DNA of 64,000 nucleotides from Pecten maximus (lineage: Eukaryota): NCBI RefSeq assembly GCF_902652985.1, contig NC_047020.1:28768001-28832000 (forward strand), read 5' to 3'. The notes under the pieces are model-generated. The model did no database searches and was not told where the DNA came from. It worked only from the letters and a program-made list of their open reading frames with translations. The translations under genes and the position numbers were made by a program. Positions 40,557-54,700 of the stretch are shown here, in pieces; position 1 is the stretch's first letter, and each line of letters begins with the position of its first letter.

Positions 40557-40842
40557 GGCTGTTGTAGTCTGAAAAAATATCAAGGTAAGTATACTAATAA
40601 CCACTGACTTGTTATTAGACTTACAAACATGTGATCATTCTCAGCCCCACTGACTGTGCCAATCGCCCATGTGAAATGAATGTACATGTATACGTAGCAT
40701 GTACAATCTGTAGGTAACTGTGATAGATGAGAATGATGTCATTGACACACATGTAACAGTCTATTCATCACATTAAACCATAGTGTTTAGCATGTTTTAT
40801 CAAAGCTTAAGTAATTATAAGGCATTTATATTCATAACTACA

Positions 40843-41373
40843 ACAGGTTGGAAAATTCCTTGCATTTGCAAAGATGCACTGGAACTCCCAACTGCAACAC
40901 ATCCTCTCATTACAGAGGAGAATATGATAAATTAATATTCCTCAGAACACAATTTGTGTACAGGTATGAAATATTTGTATGATAAACTACATTTGCAAAC
41001 AAAAAGTTCGAAAATATGTTATCTACTTTTTACACAAACTGATAAACTGTACCACTATTCAATATTGCCATTGATCTTTTGTCAGAAAAGTAAGTGAACA
41101 CATTCTTAAAGTAGATCCACTTAACCGTGCATGCTTTTACTGTGGTTTCTCATTGGATTAATTGCACTGTGCAGTGTATAGTTTATCAATTTGTGTAAAA
41201 AAGTGGAAATCTCTTTTTTTATTATTTTTTTTATGTGGATATCTCTGTATTTAAATGAGATATGTCATCTGTCAGGTTATTAAGAAGATTTTTCTCCTAT
41301 GTAATGAGAGGATGCGTTTTGAGTTCCAGCGCATCCTCGCCAATCGAAGGATGTTCATAGAATCACAACCTAT
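40843..41373. mobile_element. Degenerate MITE-like inverted-repeat element in the FAM114A2 5' intron
   Basis: gatgcactggaactc...catcctctcattaca-gaggaga pairs with tctcctatgtaatgagaggatg...gagttccagcgcatc; inner pair tttttacacaaactgataaact / agtttatcaatttgtgtaaaaa. Confidence 0.6.
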
Positions 41374-41579
41374 TACATAAGGTACTGAAAATCCTCTGTT
41401 ATTTTTACTACACCATATGACAATTCTGGATCGTACATATATACAAGTACATTCCCCCTACAAAAACTTATACAGTCGACCGGTTGAGAAGCTTATCGTG
41501 TAACAGCAATTTACTTTGATTTGATCAAAGACGAATACATGTACAAAAAATGCATATATAGAAGTTTCTGACTTTGTTT

Positions 41580-42085
41580 ATGACGTCATAAATTACTTAC
41601 TTGTTATTTGACACTTAAGTAGCATTCATAGGTTATGACCAACTGTCATTGAATTAATTTGATAAACAGAAATCAGCATGAATTAGTATAATGGTTGATG
41701 TTAGTTAGCGCAAATCACATTACCGTCTGTTTTTATTCAGGCCACGTCAACTACGTATACGCCAGAAAATTTTTGTTTCTTTGATGTAACTTTACAGCTT
41801 GAATTGCCAGCTGGATTTTGGCGTACGATAAAACGTTTTGTTGACGCAGACAACTGGTAAACTTATTGTACTTGAACAAGCAAACTGGTTCATGTATTTT
41901 AAATGTTACTAGTACATACAAAAGAAATGCCATTTCTAATAAAAGTTAGATACCTTTATTAAAAAATACAAAGATGCCCTATCCATGCCGTTTCATAATC
42001 AAAACTGATGCAAAAATGTAGTTGAATATCAGTGGTTCGCATACAAACATTTGACTAGCCCGTGTATGGCAATAAAATTACAAAG
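41580..42085. promoter_or_regulatory. Probable bidirectional promoter between FAM114A2 and ZMAT2
   Basis: Divergent genes; candidate minus-strand non-coding exon donor (AA/GTAAGT at 41600); CRE tgacgtca 41581-88; YY1-like aagatggc overlapping the ZMAT2 ATG. Confidence 0.55.
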
Positions 42086-43931
42086 ATGGCTGGCGTTTAC
42101 GAGGTTTGTTTCTGTTTTGTGAAAATATTACGATAATCCATGTTTTATGTAATGTTAAGTGATAAATATACATGCGATTCCTTACTCCTGTACTCATGAA
42201 ATTTTGATGGGACTCACAGAATTTCTTTAACTAGTAAGATTTAACATTGCTGGACTTATTGTTTTTTAGCAATGTACAGTACAGTTTAGTTATATTGTTA
42301 CTGTACTACCTACTAGTGGTTCAGTACGTATCGTAGTGATCATGAATCACAGTGAATGCAGTCTTGTATAGTTTATTGAATGCCTGACATCGGTACATTT
42401 TCCAAAAGTATGTCCACTGTCTTAAATTCTCCTAAAGTCCGCTAGAACAGCGCGGATACTTCACTGAACCTTTGACGAAATATAAATAAATACAATTCTG
42501 CATGGGTAAAATTAGGTGCAAACGCGTGTACGGCTGCTGAACAAATTGACAGGTTGAACCAGAATTATTAGCAACAAATCCATACTCCAACTGGTGTATG
42601 TAGGTGAGAATTTGCATATTATACACAAGTTAGTGGCATGGGAAGGTTTTCCCTAACCTGATTATTTGTTTTAACATGTCTGTTATCGATAAAACAATCA
42701 ATGTAAAATAAATAAGAATTAAAATAAAAACCTTAAAACAAATGATGCATTTCAAAAGGAAATAAAATTACTATCATGGGAAGTAACTTGTATATAATCT
42801 CATTGATGCGTTTATATTGTGACATTGGAAAGTCACCAATTTGAGCTACGTATACCTCGCTTGCAGTCAGAATTTTCTGACAATCCTTACTACGTAGATA
42901 CACATACAAGGAAGCTTTAAAAGCGATATATATTAACATCAGAACCATTTGGATTACCTTGCTTGTTGAAGAAAATGGCCCTCACCCATCAAATACCTGT
43001 TTATACACTCATATTTCTCATGATCAGTTGGCAATCAGTAAGTGAAATGTTTCTACTTTTGTTTTAACAGTTTTGGTATTTTACCGATTTTCATAGCTTT
43101 TTATTATAGTGACTGAAATCACCATTTTCAAATGATTAAGAACCAGCAAAATTTTTTCCAAAAACCAGAACAGTTACAACAAAAGTTGTTATAAGAAAAA
43201 GAGGATATGCATGGTTATCAATAAATCATGCAAAAATCCATAATTTTGATGTTTTATATTGAGCAAACTTGATGATGAATACATGTTTAGATATAAACTT
43301 ACCATAATTGTAGGCTGCAAAATTCTTGCTCACAAACATTTATCATTTTGCTACTCTTGAATGGTTATATATATATATTTTCAGAAAAGTGTAACAGACT
43401 TCAGGAGAAAATGGGACAAAGAGGAATACGAGAAAATGGCTAAGGAGAAGTTGGAAGCAGAGCAGATGGCTTTGCTGGAGAAGGAACTAAAGGAACCACC
43501 AGTGAAAAGAGAACTTCTCCAACCCCGCGAGTACAAGGTAGATACAAAATGTACTTATGGTACTCTGGTTTTATTAAGTCAATTGAAATGTAGGGCGACG
43601 AAGACATTTGGAAAGTGATATGGTCAACATCAAGACCTTTATAAGAAATATTCTATTTTTGGTGCAATATGGATTCAGATTTGTTTTACGCTTGTTGTTA
43701 CTTTCTGTTCCAGGTTGATCTTGATTCAAAACTGGGAAAGTCTCAGGTGATCACAAAGACAACACCAGCCTCCCAACAAGGAGGGTAAGTGATCTAAGAA
43801 GCAGTATATATACAAGACACTGGACATTTTTAATAGTCTCACTTTGTAATTTACAGAATACGTATGAAGGTGCAGTGTATCAATCTGCTGTTTTATCACC
43901 TGAATAGGCACATTTAATGCCTATGGTTACT

Positions 43932-43964
<33 letters not shown>

Positions 43965-46755
43965 TAGTTGTAAATATGCAATTCCCATTTCTTGATTGGT
44001 TAATTCTAAATATCATCACTTTGCTCAAACATTTTGTCAACCCCAAATCAAGACTATGGGTTGAAATAACATATTCAATCCAGTGAATCCAAATAAAGTA
44101 AATGCTACAAATAACTTAATTTTACTCCAAAGCATTATTTTCCATCTGAAATCTTGCAATTAGTAATTTGAATACTGAAGATGAATTTTAAATAGTTACA
44201 TATATATATTGATCATTCTCTTTTCTATCCAGTCTATCCATTGATTGAGACTGAGAACTTTGTGAAGTGAAAATGTTGAGAAAGTCATATAATAAAACAG
44301 TTATGAGCCTGTTTTCCTCTGAATGTGATGACATTTTTACCCTTTAAAGAGATGTTTCCAAATATCAACTTTCAAATGTCAGTAATATAAATTTGCAGGG
44401 GGAAATATCTTTTTTTCCAGGGCCAATAATCATTTTATTCACCTAAAACAGGTGGATATCTCTATGATATTGAAATTTGAATGTGCAGAGTGTATAAAAA
44501 ATACATGATTTTGCCAGGGTGTTGATAGCATAAAAGATTTAAGACAGAATTTTTCACTTAATATTTGTGAATACAAAGTACCATATTTGACCACAAATAA
44601 GCCCCCACCACCACTATGGCAAATTAATGGATTAAGTCCCCCCCCCCCCCCCCCCCCCTCTAAAAACGATCTTCAAATGTTATCAACTGAGTATCTAACA
44701 TGACTCTGGTTTTCAACTGCGATTATCAATTTGATTGGAAAAATACATTTTCTCATGTCATTCTTAATTGTGTGAAATATGTCATTTCTATTTAAACATT
44801 ATAACACCTCGAGTCTATGTTGCTGATCATTTTGTGATGTCACAATAGACCATGTTTAAAAATTTTACATGTTAAATACCCTGTTATATGACATGGGAGT
44901 GTTGTGGATAAATATTGACTTAGTACAATGCAATTTACCTGATTTTTACTACTTTGTAGATATTACTGCAATGTGTGTGATTGTGTGGTGAAGGACTCGA
45001 TCAATTTCCTGGATCATATCAATGGAAAAAAACGTAGGTATTAAAGCTCCTTGATACACCAATACTGAGTATTAACTTGTAGATTTCATAACTCCTGATT
45101 ATTTCTGCTCTTTAGATTGCAGTATTTTTTCTGCCTATATAATTGGGTCCAAATTTTAAGGCCTAGGGCTACGGTAATTCTAACTGTTGTGTGCTGTTTA
45201 TTTTTCCCGATAAGTCATCAAAATTCACAAAATCTTTAAAGCTGGTATTTTTTTATATGATGATATGCAATCCAGCAATTTGTGAGCACTGCTTTTCTCA
45301 TATCAAAATTTTGCAATTTTGAACTTAAAGCATGTAAAATTCTTATTTGTCAATTGTATATTTCTTATATGAGATCTGTAACCAGTGGTTTATCAGGTGT
45401 GAAACATGAACATCACTTTAAATATGCTCATCATGTTATTGATTTATATACATGTAATTATATATTTTGTAATTCAAAATTGTAACGTGCGAATGCAAAG
45501 CCAAACCCATACATCATGAGAATTTTATTTTGTCATTATTTAATAAAATGCTCTTCTCTTGTTTTTATCTTGAAAGGCAAAAGCCAACATTTTATCATAC
45601 AATGGAAGAGCTCTGTTCTGTATGAGAACAGTTAAACTTATTTTTATCCAAAAGAAAGCCTTGATGTGATTCAAATCAACTTGTGTTTCAGATCAGAGAA
45701 ATTTGGGCATGTCAATGAAGATTGAGAGATCATCATTAGATCAGGTTAAAAAAAGGTTTGAGATGAATGTAAAAAAACAGGAAGAGAAAAAGAAAGAGTA
45801 TGACTTTGAAGAGAGAATGAAGGAGCTCAAGGAAGAGGTTTGTAGTCACATGATGGCTATTTGCACAACTAGGTTACATGATATGTCAAAGTTTCACTGA
45901 AAAAACACAAGAGTTTTAGTTGATAGGATGGTCTTGAAAAACTTGTAAAATAAAATTACTACAAAGTGACTGTAAACAACATGTTATTTGAAAAGTAAAG
46001 ACCACTTTGTTAATGCTGTATTCAAGGTTAAAGTGGGAGGGTAATGCAGTGGTAACAATCAAAAGTCAAGTCATTATCATTTCAAAAAGCTCTAAGAATA
46101 GTACATACACAATGTTTATGGTTAGTTTTAGTAGAATAAAACAGAAACACAAATGTTTATTTCTACCTATAATCTGTTCTTATTGGTTCTTAATTATATA
46201 ATGTATCATACACAGTTGTTGATCTGAAGGTTGAAGATTTTAATTTCCTCTCATAATTACTAAGTCAGTATATAATTTTTTTGTTATATAGATTGACAAA
46301 GTGTAAATGTTTGTGTAGATAACATTGAAATATAAAAATCAGTCAAAAAGACAATAGGTAAGTGACAATAAAATTACACATAAAATTTGGAAGTTTGAAG
46401 GGGAATCAGATTCATCATTCATCTCAAATCAAAAAGTCAAAGTGGTGTGTTCGTGTTGGATTTTATGGATAAGAATTATGATGCACAGTGATTGATTCAC
46501 ATAATTGTCTGCTTGTCCTGTTGTAGGATATCAAAGAGTCCTTTAGTTTTCTGTATAAACTTGTGGAGAAATTTTCATGGAATGCAAATTCATTTAATGT
46601 TATAGGAGGAGAAGCAGAAAGCTTACAGAAAGGAGAAGAGGAAGGAAAGAAAAAGGAAAGCTGATGACTCAACAGGACTGAATATCAATGTAGATCCAGA
46701 CATGGCTGCTGTGATGGGATTCTCTGGGTTTGGTACAACTAAACCTCCCACATAA
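42086..46755 (+). CDS. ZMAT2: Zinc finger matrin-type protein 2 (Snu23 orthologue, spliceosomal B complex), 6 exons, 203 aa
   Basis: Exons 42086-42103, 43385-43537, 43714-43784, 44960-45033, 45692-45837, 46606-46755 (612 nt). Motifs [59 protein letters not shown]. The 18-nt first exon is the least certain. Confidence 0.95.
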
Positions 46756-48597
46756 CAAGAGGTTAATACTAGTGTGTTGATGGACAGACAGTTGCAGCAC
46801 TGTTTTAATACCGATATGTGAAACATCTTAAATAATGACGAGGAACTTAGATATAGTATAGGTACACGAGGGATACAGACAATGTACAGTGTCATACAGG
46901 GAAAGGGTTCTATATGTATCACAGCCGTTAATTTACAAAGGTTTTACACAAACAAAAAACTTTTTATCACACTGTCTGTACTCCACCTGCTGATTTTCAA
47001 TGTGACTGTTAGAGCAGATATTGGATGTGTCACTTTTCACTGGAGACCTAAAATATTTGACATCACATTGGAAAATGGCTGTATGATCTAGAGAAAATAC
47101 ATCATTGTGTAACATTCAGTGTAAATCAAACATCAGGTTTATGTCCTATTTTACTGTAGTCCTAGAAAGAAAGGACTGGAATCATGCTGTTTGTTTTGTT
47201 GATATTTAACATTAATCACTGACAAAAATACTTTTGTATCTGGATTATTGTGTTGACTATCTTTTAATGCTTGACTTCTGCTGACTAGTATTAATGACAA
47301 TTTATGTGTATCACATAGTTTTCAGTGTGGCTATTTGATATAAAAAATTGTAATGGAGAATAGCTGGCCTTATTCAGTATTGGACAACAGTCTTGTAAAC
47401 ACATGTACATGAAGTCTATATGGGACAAGTACATAAAACAGGTTGAGCTTTCATAGGACAAGTGAACATAGAATGTCCCATCCATGTAAAACAAAGTAAA
47501 TCGTGAGTGAAAATGAGTGGGGATACTTGTGTGAATGACTGAGGTGGAGAGCTAGGTGAAATGAAAACTTGATGTGTTAGTGTTTATGTAACATTTTGAA
47601 TGATAATAAATGATATTTTATGTAAATGTACAAGTGACTTATTTTTCTTCACAAATGATTAAATCATAATGTATACATGAAGAATTATTTATGATGCCAT
47701 GAGTGAACGTTTTCAGTATTTTGTGTTAATTTTGTGTAAAAGTACGGTAACTATTTCAAGAATCTGATAATTTCACCCATATAGTACACATATTATCTAA
47801 AAGTAGCTTGCTCAAATAAATATAAAATAGATAGGTCTCACAACAAATTAATGTGGAGATGGTTTGTTTAATTGGTTAAACTAAAAAAAAAAATAATTTG
47901 CCATAGATTTGTTTCTTTATTTGACCAAGTAATTTAGCTTTTTTTCTGGGAAAGAGGATCAGTATACAGAAATTAAAGGCTTAGCTCACTCGCTGATTTG
48001 TCAATTTAATCCTCAGTCCTTTAAAACCGTATTCCGTTCAAGAGATAGCCAAGCACTAATATTTCTAAAGTCTTTCTATTTCTTGTTTTTTCTTGGTTTA
48101 ACATATTAAGCACATCCTTTTTTAGCCCACCATCATGGTATCTCACTACATCTGTAAACAATCCTTGTTTTTAGTATCTCTTTCTTTAGAAGTATTGGAA
48201 TCATATTTCTCAAACTTAACAGGTAGGTTCCCTTGGTCCCTATAGCTAGTTGTGCCCATTCCATTTTGAATCTGTCCCAAGAAAACGATATGGTAGATAG
48301 GTAGCCATCATGGATTTTGACTGTTGAAGTTTGTTATTGCTATTTCTTGAGAAGTAATGAAAGAATTTTCTCCAACTTCGATTAAATTGCTATATCTTTT
48401 ATTTTGTAGACGAATAGTAAGTTAAAAGTGCAAGAATCAGTACCTTAATTCTGATGTGTTTTAACAACTTTACGCTTGACAACAAGACTTCATTTTATTT
48501 CACTAATCTCCTTTAGGAGGCAATAAAATTTGATGTTCCCCTTTCCCCCAAAGGTTTCACTGACCAAATTTGGCTAAAACCCATTCCACACTTAATG

Positions 48598-49138
48598 ACA
48601 AGAGCCCATTGGGCCCCAATCGCTTACCTGCTATCAAGTGATCCTTTTTATACATAAACGTAATTAAAAACCAAGTGTATCAGAGATCAGATATAAGATC
48701 TTGGGGTCTCGCAGTTATTTGAAAAGGTGTCTTTTAAATATTTTGGCCAATTTACCTCTCTAAATCAAATTATGGTCAAGGTCATTCATTTGAACAAACT
48801 TGGTAGCCCTTCAACCCAGCACTAGTATCATCCAGACCCAATATCAAGTCCCTTGGTTATTGAGAGGAAGTCTTTTGAACACTATCAAGTCTCTAGGTCT
48901 GTTGGTTATTGAGAAGTTGCTTAAAACTTTTAGCCTATTTGACCCATATGACCTTGAAAGTAGGTCAAGGTCATCCATTTGAACAAATTTGGTAGGGCTT
49001 TATCCAAGCATGCAACTGGCCCATTAACCGTACCCTGGGCCTTCTGGTTATTGAAAAGAATTCATTTGAATGAAAAGTTAATGCATGACACGCCATGACT
49101 ATAGGTCATCCTGACTCTTCGGCCAGATGACTTAAAAA
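48598..49138 (+). mobile_element. Pearl/HINE-like element
   Basis: 5' acaagagcccattgggccccaatcgcttacctg; two core repeats with ggtcaaggtcat..atttgaacaaa; 3' hairpin aggtcatcctgac...ggccagatgactt then A-run. Confidence 0.7.
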
Positions 49139-49832
49139 TCTATTGTATCATCGCTAATGATATTATAAAGATTTATCATATCATCGCTAGTGATGACAAA
49201 AAAAGTGACAAAACTTGTTACCAAATTGATAATTTCTTATATTTCACTGGTAAAATGTAATAAAGCGATATGTGAACTTTGTACCCTTGCCTGTCTTGGC
49301 ATTCAGTGGATGGACAAGTAAGGTATCCAGCCTCTCCGTCTTTCTAGTGACATTTTGAAGATGGTGCTACAGTGTGGTGATGTACATTAAATGTGTAAGC
49401 ATATCAATTCGACATAATAACCACTCATCTTAAAAGTAGTTTTCAAATTTTATTAACAAATAACAATCAATCAAATTCAAACATTTCCTTCATTTGAACA
49501 CTAACCAAACTGTAATCATAAAAAGTAAATAAAACTGAACAGCTCAGTCAATTAAAACTTAAAGCTAAAGGCTTAAAACATCTAACTGCATGTGTCTTAG
49601 GAAAAATATTGGAACAAATAACTTGAAATGAAAAGGAGTATTTCATATTTAACATCTTGCATACATCTCTCTTATACCAAGTTTCATTGAAAACTAAGTA
49701 ACATTTGATATAAATTGAATATAAAAATAGTAACAGTGACCTCAACCTTGTCACCTGACAAACAATAGGAAGATGGGTAGAATGTATATTAGAATGACTA
49801 GATTAACATAAAAAGAATACTGTAGTGACATT

Positions 49833-50230
49833 GATTTGGTAAACACCAGACTAAACTTGAAGTCAATGCTGATTTGGTAAACAGCAGACTTGGACTAGAA
49901 GTCAATGATGATTTGGTAAACAGCAGACTTGGAATAGAAGTCAATGATGATTTGGTAAACAGCAGACTTAGACTAGAAGTCAATGATGATTTGGTAAACA
50001 GCAGACTTAGACTAGAAGTCAATGATGATTTGGTAAACAGCAGAGCAGACTTGGACTAGGAGTCGATGCCGATTTGGTTAAACAGTAGACTTAATAGACT
50101 AGCAGTCAATGCTGATTTGGTAAACACCAGACAAAACTTGAAGTCAATGCTGATTTTGGTAAAGAGAAAACTTAGACTAGGAGTCAATACTAATTTGGTA
50201 AACAGGTGGCTTGACTAGAAAATCAATGAC
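49833..50230. repeat. 39-bp tandem repeat, ~10 copies
   Basis: Unit gatttggtaaacagcagacttagactagaagtcaatgat. Confidence 0.9.
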
Positions 50231-51750
50231 AAATTCCCATACTGTTTCGTTAAAGAGCAAATTCAGAAAAAGAATTGGTCATCTAGTCTATATGAGAATT
50301 TTGAGTGTCCACAACTTGATAAAATTGTCCTGTAATGATCATGCGATTCCCCAAAAAAGATGGGTGTAACAATTGTTGCACTCTATGATGAATGTAGCAA
50401 TTTATTCTAAGAAAACATAAAACAATAAACTAAATCTACAACAACATAACTTTATACAAGAAATGGCCTTAATTTGGTGAAAAAAACTTCAAAATTCTTG
50501 GCTGCATTCAATTTTGCTGTGTTCAGCAATAACAATGCCTGCATTATTAAGCATGTTGCATTAAACAAAACTCAACTCTAGTAATCAACTCTTCATTAAA
50601 CATTATTACTGTTAATTAATCAATAATGTACATTGTATTGCAAAAACATGGACGGTTAAATCACTGATTTCATCACAATAAAATAGACTAGAAATTAAAG
50701 AACATGTATCAATAGATGTTAAAGGACATACAATTGATATTATAAAATGACTAGAAGTTAAATTGAAATGCTACTAGTTCTACCATCGACCTTAAAACCA
50801 GTCTGATCCTTGAACCATCATAGGTTTAAGGATCAAAGACTGGGCTAAGGTCATTGGTAGCACTAGTGAGGATTATTGTCTACACAGGAATCATATCGTT
50901 CTATACATGCATAAATTCATTTCTTTTACCGGTAAGTGTTCAGTCGTACAATTCAGCTGTAATATTGTCTTGAGTACATTAGACATATAACCATGACAAA
51001 CACCATTGCCATGTCCTGCCATACTTTTACAATAGGAGATGGCATAAAAACTAAAATAAATTATGCTATCATGGAATACAAGATATTAATTTGAGAAATT
51101 TTCATAAACCATCAAATGAAATTGTTTATCTCATAATTGAGCTCAATACACTAATTAAGTAATTTGGTATCTCATGAAGTGTATCACTTATCCCTGTGGG
51201 TAGTAAATGGCATTAGTGTAGGGATAGTTACCCGCTGGTATTAAAGAGTTGCAAATGTGTTTGATTTTGAAAAGTCACACTTAAAAAACTGCAGCACTAT
51301 AGATATTTGGAGTCTGGCTTTTTTCTGAAAGGGTTAATGCTGCCTTACATAGATCTATGAATCATTTGAAAGTGAACCGTTCAAATTTCAGCTGCTGAAG
51401 TTCTATCTTGAATCTGAAATATTGTGACACTCTGTACATTTCAGTATTCTGAATCTTGAATATTTGCAGAATCATTCATACATTTTCTTGAATACTGTAA
51501 AATTTCAGAAGTTCTATCAGAACTATAAATATTCTGACATCTTATACATTTCTGTAATATCTGTTGCCTTGAACAGTATAAACAGAAACTGCTGTGAAAA
51601 ATTGTGAGGATCTAGTCTTTACAGTTTAGTTACCACAAATGTCAACTCATAGCAGTTAGGAGAAGAACTGTTCATGGCAAAACCTTAAATACTTCAACAG
51701 TATTAGTTCAGACAATTGGATACGTTACAATTCTGCTGAAGATTTAACAT

Positions 51751-54700
51751 TCAGTAGAAAATGTCTTTGGTCTTGAACAGCTGTGAAAAGTTACTAGATG
51801 ACTCTCTGTTAGAGCTGGCCAGCAACCTGAAATTAAGTAAACTCATTGTTCAAAAAAAATGATCACGTACATTTAGTCATAAACATATAACATACAATTT
51901 TTTATATGATGATCGATATGTTGTTGTATTTATTGAAATGATGTAGTAAATAAATGGTTGCTTTGACACTCCCTCCCATAACCATGTATAGCATCGCTGG
52001 ACGTTAAGGGATAAACACAATTCTGATGTAAAAATAGGCCCAAGGGTTTTTCCCCACCCTAAGGAACTTAGTTGCTTTAAACACAATCATGTTGTAAAAA
52101 CAATTCCTGAGATCTTTTCACACCCTTAGAGAGTCTGGACTTCGTTATTTTTTTAAAGCAGTTGGGATCCCCAGATTATATAACCATATATAGCATTGTT
52201 CGAGATTGACAAATAGAACTACATATTAACAAATTGAACATGAACATTATTTAGACGTTTGGTCAAATCCAACCAGGTGAGCGATACAGGCCTCTTGTTT
52301 ATATATACAGCATCAATTTAGGCATGCATGCATGATGATTTATTGTTGTATGTATTGAAATGATGTAAATAATCTATGATACTATAATTTGTTTAGTCGT
52401 TTGCTGGGTTTATTTCCCCATGAACAGCAAGGGTCATTTTGAGGTTGGTAGTTGGTGACTTCCTCACTGAACAACATATGTGAGGCCCATTGCATGCTAT
52501 CCAGAGCAATTAGTAAAGTGTCTTGCCCAGGGACACAGCCACAACAACACAACCAGTCTGTTTTTCAGCTTCTCGAGAAACACAAACCGACATGGGTTGG
52601 GAGCATCAAACCACGCACCTCAGATATTTGTCCCCAGGTTACAAGGCCGGCGCTCTTACCGACTGAGGTATCATGTTCCCTTGTTTCGTAAAAATATTGG
52701 TTGAAGAAATATTTAAGAAAGTTTTGTTCATTAGCATTCTTCCTAACCTTCATATTGGATAGAATATTTTCCATGTACCGCTATTGCTATGTGCCATTGA
52801 ATATGAAACTAATAAACTTGTTTAATTCATCCTCAGTATTACATGTAAACTTTTGTTAGATTTTTTTTCCCCACCATATTATTGTAAACATTCTAATCTT
52901 GGTGCACTTTAATTTTAGCACATTAGTTGTTTTCAGCAGATTAGTGTTATGATGAATTGGCACACCTACATTTATTTTACTATAGAACTACTGGTATATG
53001 AAGTAAAGGAGTAATGAAAAATACCCTGCCTGTGCTGGACTTTGAACTAATGATCTTTTTTTTTGCTCTCTAGCCAACATCCTACCACTTGAGGCTAAAA
53101 TGAAGCTTCCACTAGCCTGAGCTACTAAAGACCTATACTCTGCACTTTTACAAAAGGTCTACCTTCGGGTGTGTTGAGATGTCCGTTTCTCAGGTGGAGT
53201 CATGTCACCAAACATTTCACACAAGCCCTGGGACACTGCCTGTTAACAGCAAGATACAAAAAATTATTGTCCTTTTTTTCATGGAAGTCAAAAATGTGAT
53301 ATAAATCAAACTTTTATAAAGATTTACAATGGTTATATTAACTTATTTGAGTTAAACAGACAGCAACTAAATATTTGAAATTATCAAAACAAGAAAAAAA
53401 TGATTGGCCACTAAAAGTAGAAAGAGGAAAAATTTGCTTTTGGTATGCCCTGAGGGTTAAAATCTTTACATTTTAAGTCTGCCAAAACTGAAATGATGCT
53501 TTTAGTTTGCCTTTAAAAGGTTTAAATCTTTATATGTTTAACCTTCTTAAACTATATCTCCACAGCAAGAGTCCTGCACAACACTTTGCGAAATACACAA
53601 ATTCAAATGATTTTAATTTTCCATCAAAACCTATAACATCATAGCTACTTGTAAACAGTAAAGGGTTTTAACTGTTGCTGTTTGTTTTTGTTTAACGTCC
53701 TATTAACAGCCAGGGTCATTTAAGGACGTGCCAGGTTTTGGAGTTGGAGGAAAGCCGGAGTACCAGGAGAAAAACCACCAGCCTACGGTCAGTACCTGGC
53801 AACTGCCCCACGTAGGTTTCGAACTCGCAACCCAGTGGTGGAGGGCTAGTGATAAAGTGTCGGTACACCTTAACCACTCGGCCACCGCGGCCCCAACTGT
53901 TGCTGATAGTAAGGCATGAAACAACTGTTTTGTTACCTGAATACCCCAGGTAGTCCCCCAAAAAATCAGATACAGGCAATTAAAATCTGATCCAGAGAAC
54001 CCTTGTCTGATGATATGTATATCCCTAACCGTCCTGTAGGGATGTCGGCAATCACGATAAGAAAGATGCTTCATTATAGTCATTTGAATGCTTGGGTGGT
54101 TCGGATGTTCCATGTCGATCAAAATGTTTTATTGTTACCTGACTGTCTCTATGTAAAAGTAAATTCAGTATAATTTTTTTACTGTTGACTGGCGAGGAAC
54201 ATATTCTGCATGCGCCCATACACCCAAATGATTACGATGAAGCGTCTTTCTGATTCTGATTTTGTAAACATGAGTTTTCTAGCAATGCCTAGATTTAAAG
54301 TCAGAAAGGTTCGAAGAAATCTCCAATCAGGGTTTGTTGTATCTAATTGAAAACAGGGATTCGGCTATCACATAAAATGTCATAAAACGGTCTGAATGAA
54401 TTCTTACATTGTACTGCGAGGCCAAAGAAACGTCCAAAGCCGGAATTAACAGTTTACTGAAGAATTTTTATGCATTCCTTAGCCTAATAAAATAGCCTAC
54501 CAGGTAAATGTGCAATCTTGTGGATTATTCAGGTAATGAAACAACTGTATACTGTTGACCAGCTAAAGATGATATGATTTTCTAGCAAATTTTTCTTGGA
54601 AACAGTTGAAAATATTTATTTATCTAAAGAGAGATTCAGGTAACAATAAACAATAACATAACTTCAGAAAATATCAATTAACCTCTATTAGACAGTAACA

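Noticed and set aside
53703-54122. 139-aa ORF similar to the 145-aa ORF at 6559
   Set aside because: The similarity comes only from the shared SINE.
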